DNA of 64,000 bases from contig JYFJ02000730.1 in assembly GCA_000934665.2 (NCBI GenBank), forward strand, positions 1 through 64,000, in the 5' to 3' direction. The notes under the pieces are model-generated. The model saw only the letters and a list, made by a program, of their open reading frames with translations. It had not been told where the DNA came from and ran no database searches. Shown in pieces: positions 57,001-64,000 of the stretch. The stretch is from Catajapyx aquilonaris (lineage: Eukaryota). Within the stretch, counting starts at the first letter, position 1. Each line of letters starts with the position of its first letter. The position numbers and the translations under genes are program-made.

Positions 57001-60000
57001 CTGGAAGGGTCATCAATCAAAGCCTTTTATCATTTCCAACACCCACTACACTAACAGGTTACCACAAATCCCCAAATATCCCCCACCACCCCCTTTTCTC
57101 TTTATAAGAAAAAGAAAAAAACGCAATATCCTTATCGGAAGCGAGTTCAAACGGCATCAAAATATTTGGGGTAATTCCCACATCAATTTGTGGCCATTAC
57201 TACAAGTAGTCTACGCCATAATATATATATATTTTTAAAAATTGGTAGCTTCGGAATGTTAAGGGGCTCGGAAATGTTTTATAAGATCAGGGGTTGGCGA
57301 TAAGGCGTCTCGTAATGATACGGTTATAAAAAACCTCCGTCTGATGTGTGTTGGGTGCATCGATTTGTTTGGCTCGAGTGTACTGAAATATTCAGTAGGA
57401 ATAATGATTTAAGATCTTCTGATTCAAGGTGTCATGATTCCGAAAACCAAGTGCAATTATTATTCGCAACACAAATAACAACAGACTATCTGCACACTCC
57501 CTTTCGCAGCAAGTTGTTAGTTTCATATCGTTGTTCGTAACCTGATAAACACGAAAATCTAAAGACAATGTTGCTCGAGTCCAGGAAAGATTATTTCTCA
57601 AGTGATACACTGATGTCGACAGTTCAAAAGGGTGTAAGAGGAAAAGTTTAAATCAGTGTAAAGGTTATCAAACCATTTTGTATCAACTTTTCATTACAGC
57701 AATTAATGCAATGAATGCAAGTGCGAAACTGGAAGTATACTGGAAGAGGAGTGATGTATAAAGGATGGGTTTTTCCCCCGCCTTCAAAAAAATTCTAAGC
57801 AGAATGTCTCGATTATTATTAAAATGCACATGGAAATAACCTCGTGCTGAGACGCTGCGTGCATGCTTGAAGGAAATATTTATTTCATCCCCGTTTCCTC
57901 GATGTTATTGCCGCTTTATCCGAAACGTTAAACCAGAAAAACTGTGGCACGCAAGAAGGAAATGACCTGCAATGGCATTGCCCTTCATCAGTCTCGAAAA
58001 TGTCCATCCAGCATAACCCACCAGGATAAATGCCACAATGTTAATTCACAATAGGCTTATTCTCTCTCTCTCCGTCGGATGTTTGTCCGACCTGATAGTA
58101 TCGCTATCTCTCGCACGGTGGCAGGAGTGTGCAGAGGGAGTATGCGCCATCTATTATGCAAAGAATAATACTAAGTGGTAAATCGGCGGGACATCCCATT
58201 CAAGTTGTCTGATTGTCACTCTCCTTCTGATTAAAGGTGTTGCCAAATTTCTGCAACGGATATTAGCAAATTGGTGTGCACTTTGACATTAATTGACATG
58301 CTGTACTTTTGAAAATTAATTCCAATATGCAATAGTTGCAGGCTAATAATTCTAATGTAATGCTGCAGTGAACAATCCGCCTGTTGGCCCACTCATTTTT
58401 TTTTAATGTCCAAGAAGGGAGTAAAATCGAGGTGATTGTTGGAGTGGTGCTAATACCACCCTCCCCAAATAGCAGGAAAGAGCGCTGACCCAAAGGCTAG
58501 GGTTTTGGGTACGTGTAGGTGGTGCTAGTGACTCTGGAAGGATGGGGCTGTAGTCCAAAAGTGAGGGGTGGTGGTGGTGGTAGGGAGCTGTGGGGGCTGC
58601 TGTCGGCGCCGAGGCCTCGTCTCCATGAGCGCAAATAAACCCTCCAAACCGGGCCCTGTTGCCACACATACCTCTTTAGTCCCCCTCTTTCTTTTTTTTT
58701 CCAGGACCAGCCCATATTAACCCCTCTTTTTCCTGCCAGCTGTCAGGATGTGATAACCCCCCCCCCCCCTCTCTTCTAAAAACCCACCAATCCACCCCCA
58801 ACACGCTTCAATTTTTAACAACAACAAAAAAATATGCCAACACCCCTCTACATTTCATACTTTGTTTTAACACTTAAACATCGTATACATATGGCAACAT
58901 ACATACCCCCTGGACCTAACTTCCCCCCCTATTCTCCCCAAACTTTTTTTTGTGTGTGTGTGAGTGTGTCTCGAACCTGTTGGCTTCAGCATAAGACTGG
59001 CCCCCAGCCAGAGAGGGACCGGAGTTGGCAACATTGCTTGGCACACTCCCCACACCGGCCCAACAATAGGACGTGACGTCATGCTCCGAGAGAGAGAGAG
59101 AGAGAGAAGAGGGTGTGTGTGTGTTGGAGAGAGGGGGATATGTGCAGGCTGTGTTCAAGAGAGAGAGAGAGAGAGGGCCAGGGTGAAGAGGAGGGGAAGG
59201 AAGCCAGGCAGCACATGTGCAAACACATGTGAACTAAATAGTCTGCACATCTCTCTCGCGGGCCCTTTTTCCTCACCTTGGTGGCTCGTGCCATTTTTTT
59301 TTTTCTTTAAAAAAAAAGAAGCAACAATATCGACAAATGGTGAAGTGGACGGCAAACAAGTTTATATAATAATAATAAAAATTCAGGCAGAGAATACACA
59401 GATGTCACAATAGGCATCATCAACAGTGGCTTTCAACAATATGAGCAGACAAGGTTTCATACAATGAACATTTGCTGAAAACAACGAAAGTGACTTCCGC
59501 TCCCAGGAGTCAGACAATCAAGAGATAAATCTCAGGTGAACCTAATCATTACGAATCATGAATCTCGTTGTTGGAATTACAAATCGATTTTTTTTTTTAA
59601 AGTCATTACCAACTTCTAATTTGCAATTGTTAACTACTCACAGCAACATTGGTCGGTAATTTGACAGTGCTCGTCAGAATGGGGTCAACCAAATCGCGAC
59701 AATGTTCCTCGCTGTCCCTTGCAGAAATAGTTATTAAAGAGATATGAGACCTGGACTTCCATGGCTAACCCCATAAGGGTCAAAGTGGCTCAAGGTTCCG
59801 ACAATGTGCTTATTTTAGGCGCCAAAAAAAACATGTTTTCCCGCCGACTCCCCCCCCCCCCCNCCCCCCCCAACCCCTTTTTGTGCCTAAGGGTGGCCAA
59901 AATGCAAGTGGAGGAGGAACTTGCAATAATAAAAAAGTTGCATAAAAAAAAAGATTGCAAGAAAGTGACGTATACGAATTGCGGGTCTGTGATGTGATCA

Positions 60001-60545
60001 AGCAATGTTGTATATATCCGGACGTCGCACTTAAAATCACATCTAGGTCAACCCAATGAGGAAGATGCTGAATGAATCATAATTTGGACACACGCTGTGA
60101 ATATACAAATGCACCTATTTCTCTCTGCGTACGAAAAAACCCGATGGTAAAATTATGACGTCTTGAGCAGCAGTCGAGACCGCCCCATAAATTGTTTAGG
60201 AAAAAAGCCCGGAGATGTTTATCAACCTGTGGTTAGAAACCTTCAATAACAGACATTATTACGGACTTGACAAAATTGCGCCCAGCCTGCACGGTCCAAA
60301 TTGGCACTAATTTCGCGAGATATCATATGCAATTTACTCCCATTCATTTTTATTGAAGGAAAAAAAAATCCGGTTTTCTTCATCTGCACTTGAAAGGCAA
60401 ATCCCTGGCAAATTTCCTTGACGAAGTTGCTCTAGTTAGATTTACCAATACCACAAGTTAATTATTATTGCGCGACATGCAGAGTGATTGTTGGTGGCAT
60501 AACCCGCAGGATCTGTCGAATTTGAAATGTGACAAACTTGTGCAC

Positions 60546-60546
<1 letters not shown>

Positions 60547-60610
<64 letters not shown>
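60547..60610. repeat. (AAT)n microsatellite
   Basis: About 21 pure AAT units. Confidence 0.95.
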
Positions 60611-60612
<2 letters not shown>

Positions 60613-61274
60613 AAATATAAATACGAGTTCAACTTTGATCCCATCTCATGGTTATTATTTAATTAACTTGAGCAGGGTTAAGCTGGTTGGACATTTCCGT
60701 GTGTAGCAACTGCGGTTTCCTTGTAAAAAGTACTGTACAGAAGCACATTTTCTCCGGTCTGGATGCTCAGCTACAGGGACACACGTCCAAGCTGCATGAG
60801 TCAGAAATAATCTGGGGGTGACCCCAAGTCGTGGAAAACCGTCGCGGGGCTGCGTTTTTTTCAAGGTAATTTTTGTCCCTTTGCCATGATGAGAGGCCTG
60901 TAAGTTGCACATGGCGATGACGTTTGTCCTTTCCTTCCTTTTCTCTCTCTCTGATGATGACTACCCCTGCTCAGTGCACAAGAGTCACATGATAGGTTGT
61001 CGCCTCAATTGGGTGTCATCAACGCACTCGCATTGAGGCCAAATGCAACAAGCCAAAGCCCATCCGGCCCCCAAAAGGCTTGATTCTCCCCGACGCTTCA
61101 CGCACGCGGATCGATGCATTATCTAAATACTCTCATTGATCTCTTGGATGACGCCAAATTGGGCTCAATAGGTCAATCGCCCCCTGACGTAACGAGATGC
61201 AAATATAAAGTCTTTGTGCGCCTCACGATGAGTCACACAAAAACACAATTTGTCTACAAAATCTGGAAAAAAAG

Positions 61275-61913
61275 GGCGGTTGGAATTTTCACCCCACTGC
61301 TATAGTTGCTGCTAACTTAGTATAGGTTGGCAATGTGCTAAGTTAGCAGTGGGTCTAATTTTCGTCCCACTGCTAGTTGCTGCTAACTTAGGATAGGTTG
61401 GCAGTGTGCTAAGTTAGCAGTGGGTCTCATTTTCGTCCCACTGCCAGTTGCTGCTAACTTAGGATAGGTTGGCAGTGTGCTAAGTTAGCAGTGGGTCTCA
61501 TTTTCGTCCCACTGCTAGTTGCTGCTAACTTAGGATAGGTTGGCAATGTGCTAAGTTAGCAGTGGGTCTAATTCCACTGCTAGTTGCTGCTAACTTAGGA
61601 TAGGTTGGCAATGTGCTAAGTTAGCAGTGGGTCTAATTCCACTGCTAGTTGCTGCTAACTTAGGATAGGTTGACAATGTGCTAAGTTAGCAGTGGGTTAA
61701 TTCCACTGCTAGTTGCTGCTAACTTAGGATAGGTTGGCAATGTGCTAAGTTAGCAGTGGTTCTAATTTTCGTCCCACTGCTATAGTTGCTGCTAACTTAG
61801 TATAGGTTGGCAAGGTGCTAAGTTAGCAGTGGGTCTAATTTTCGTCCCACTGCTAGTTACTGCTAACTTAGTAGCACCGGTGTTAGCAGCAGTGAGACGA
61901 AAATTCGACCCAT
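61275..61913. repeat. Tandem array (8-9 units of ~64-72 bp) inside MITE termini
   Basis: Unit CCACTGCTAGTTGCTGCTAACTTAGGATAGGTTGGCAATGTGCTAAGTTAGCAGTGGGTCTAATT; ends GGTTGGAATTTTC and GACGAAAATTCGACCCAT resemble the MITE at 54873-54987. Confidence 0.9.
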
Positions 61914-64000
61914 GCTTTTTCGTCGTTTTGCTCATGTTCAATAGGTACCAAAATTACTATAGAAAAATCCCTTATTATATTGATAATTTTTATATATAAA
62001 AAAAAAATTGTTGCAGCTGTAACATATTTAATGAACCAAATGGCGACTGTGTGTATATTCGCACAGTTTTCCACGTCACATATGCAAATCGCACGTTTTT
62101 TTTTGGTCTGGCTTCATCTCTCCACATGAATAATATGCAGAAATCGACAACACTTTGACCGCACAGTTTACTCAAAATTCGCATCCCGAAAATGGCAGCC
62201 TGTAGGATGCTATAGCAAAAAAAAATTATTGTCAAAGCCTGAGGACAAAGCACGCGTGTGGCATTTGCACAGAGGGGGGATCGAGGAAGAAAGAAAAAAA
62301 GAAAAACTGGAGTCGACAGTTGGCACTAATGAAAGATGACAAAATATATATTTTTGGTAATAATAGCAACTAGTTATTCAACTATGTTGTTAAATGTCTC
62401 ATTTTTTTTTGTCCTCTGCATGTAATTTGTCGCCTCATATGAGTGCGTGTGTGCGACTTTTGATAATATACTCACACACGGTTATTTCCTAGCCTATCCC
62501 TTATGTCCCCCACGCCTTGTGTTGTACCGGGGACGGCAGCTGCTATTTCCGACAGCAGCCAGAAACTTTTATGGGGTGTTGGTCTGAGGGGGGGTATATA
62601 GGGGAAGGGGGGGTAAGGGTGCGAGTGTACTGACGAGGATAGTGGCGTAGCTAGTGTCCTCTGACGATGCTGGAGCCTTTTTTTTCGCATTGGAGGGCAA
62701 ACGAGGTCACACGAGCGACACTCTTTTTTTTTTCCAACAACAAATGGTCTGTTTTTAGACACTTGGGATAACGACCCGCTCAATTTTTGCTTGGCAAACC
62801 GCTTGATTGCGGATGATTATTCCCACAAGGAATTCATTCCATGCAAAAATTGCAATGGCGACTTTACTTTGCCAACTGTCTGGTTTTGCTTCTTTTTTTT
62901 TGTGCAGGATCATTTGGGAGAAAGATATCGCGTTACATCAAGATGCATTTTCTGCACAGCACGCGCTCTCAGTGTGGGTCACAGTCTGAGGTTCGGATTA
63001 TGTACGCCATTAATATGAAATTATCCGGCATTGGTTCAGCACATATTCAGTTGGATCAACAACCAAAATTCAGTCCGGATAATAATTTCATTGGACCAAA
63101 ATTTTTGGCTCTAAGTCATGCACGCAAGAATGTGATGCTATTGTTTCATTGCTTGCATACTGATTCATCACATGGTGAAATGTCGACCTTTACCAACATG
63201 CTTTTCCCATTCTTTCCTGGAGCAAACAGAGACAATGGAAAGCAGTGTGACAATAGAAATAACCTCAGTCCAACTCATAAATTGGACAAATTTCAGGGAC
63301 AGCTCTTCTGATTGGCTTAAAAAAAAGAGCAATTGGGTCAATATACACTGCTAAAATCCTTACATATATATATTATGTTTTTGGTGCAGCACATGTCATG
63401 AGACAGGTCAATAATTAGCACTATGAGTTGTGGGGCCATATTTACTAAATGGTCAAATTGATAACCATGCAGAAAAATTATCATGTAAAATTTGCGACAT
63501 TTCAGTGTTTTAACACACAGTCAGAGAATGCAGGCAATAAATTATAGTTGAAAAATATGCTCTTCAGCACATTTTTGACCCATATCGACTACAATGGCAG
63601 GATTGTTGCAATATGTCCTCCGAGAGCCCGACAAAAGTGGTTCAAAAATACTGGGGGAACAATGGCACCATTGTGCTCATCCGGAATATAATTCGCCTTA
63701 AAGGCCAAGGGACTAGTTAGACAAACGACTGAGTATGCTTATGCAAAAAAAAAAACAGTGTTGTGCCTATAGCCTCCATTCGCAAGTTACACATGGGGAT
63801 CAAAAAAAAAAAAAAAGAGAGAGGCAAGGTTACTCCTCAGGTGGCATGCATCAGGTGGCAGAATTATACAGTCCATCCAGCTCCGCGCAAAATATCAGCC
63901 TCTATTTCTGCAAAAAGCTACCAGCAGAAAAAAAAACCGCCACGTCGCTACACCATGTTGAATGGAATTCACAGAATTGTCTGACACATTTTTTTTTTTT

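Noticed and set aside
59850..59872. Poly-C tract with an N
   Set aside because: Homopolymer sequencing ambiguity.
61275..61913. CRISPR-like palindromic repeats
   Set aside because: Sequence between the palindromes is also repeated; no spacers.

Overview
Eukaryotic, intron-rich, arthropod-like (probably hexapod/pancrustacean) genomic window; no CRISPR, rRNA or convincing functional tRNA. Hand-spliced gene order: 5' coding exon of a probable Piwi/Aubergine gene (-, runs off the left edge); a TE-dense block (MITEs, Helitron-like pieces, LINE ORF1 relic, SINEs); three C2H2 zinc-finger genes; a BtpA/SgcQ-family gene; a CYP2-clan cytochrome P450; a 13-exon ~826-aa coiled-coil gene I do not recognise; an intronless divergent ionotropic receptor; a 2-exon CxxC...CxxC orphan next to a DRE-rich satellite; a giant lava lamp/giantin-type golgin (-) head-to-head with the Golgi SNARE membrin/GOSR2 (+); and the 3' part of an RBM24/RBM38/SUP-12 RRM gene (-) with a GC-AG intron. 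Most striking observation: the golgin has two in-frame alternative last exons, a short soluble tail (STPRIMHV*) and a giantin/golgin-84/CASP-type transmembrane anchor (YLVALHLLV), neither visible in the ORF track. Other highlights: a possibly TE-derived CCAAT-CRE-TATA promoter and leader exon upstream of piwi, a four-element TE nest with target-site duplications still readable, a V-domain SINE, two SINE families sharing one 3' tail, a Helitron tandem dimer and a satellite arising inside a MITE. All gene models are manual and untested; no database search was possible.
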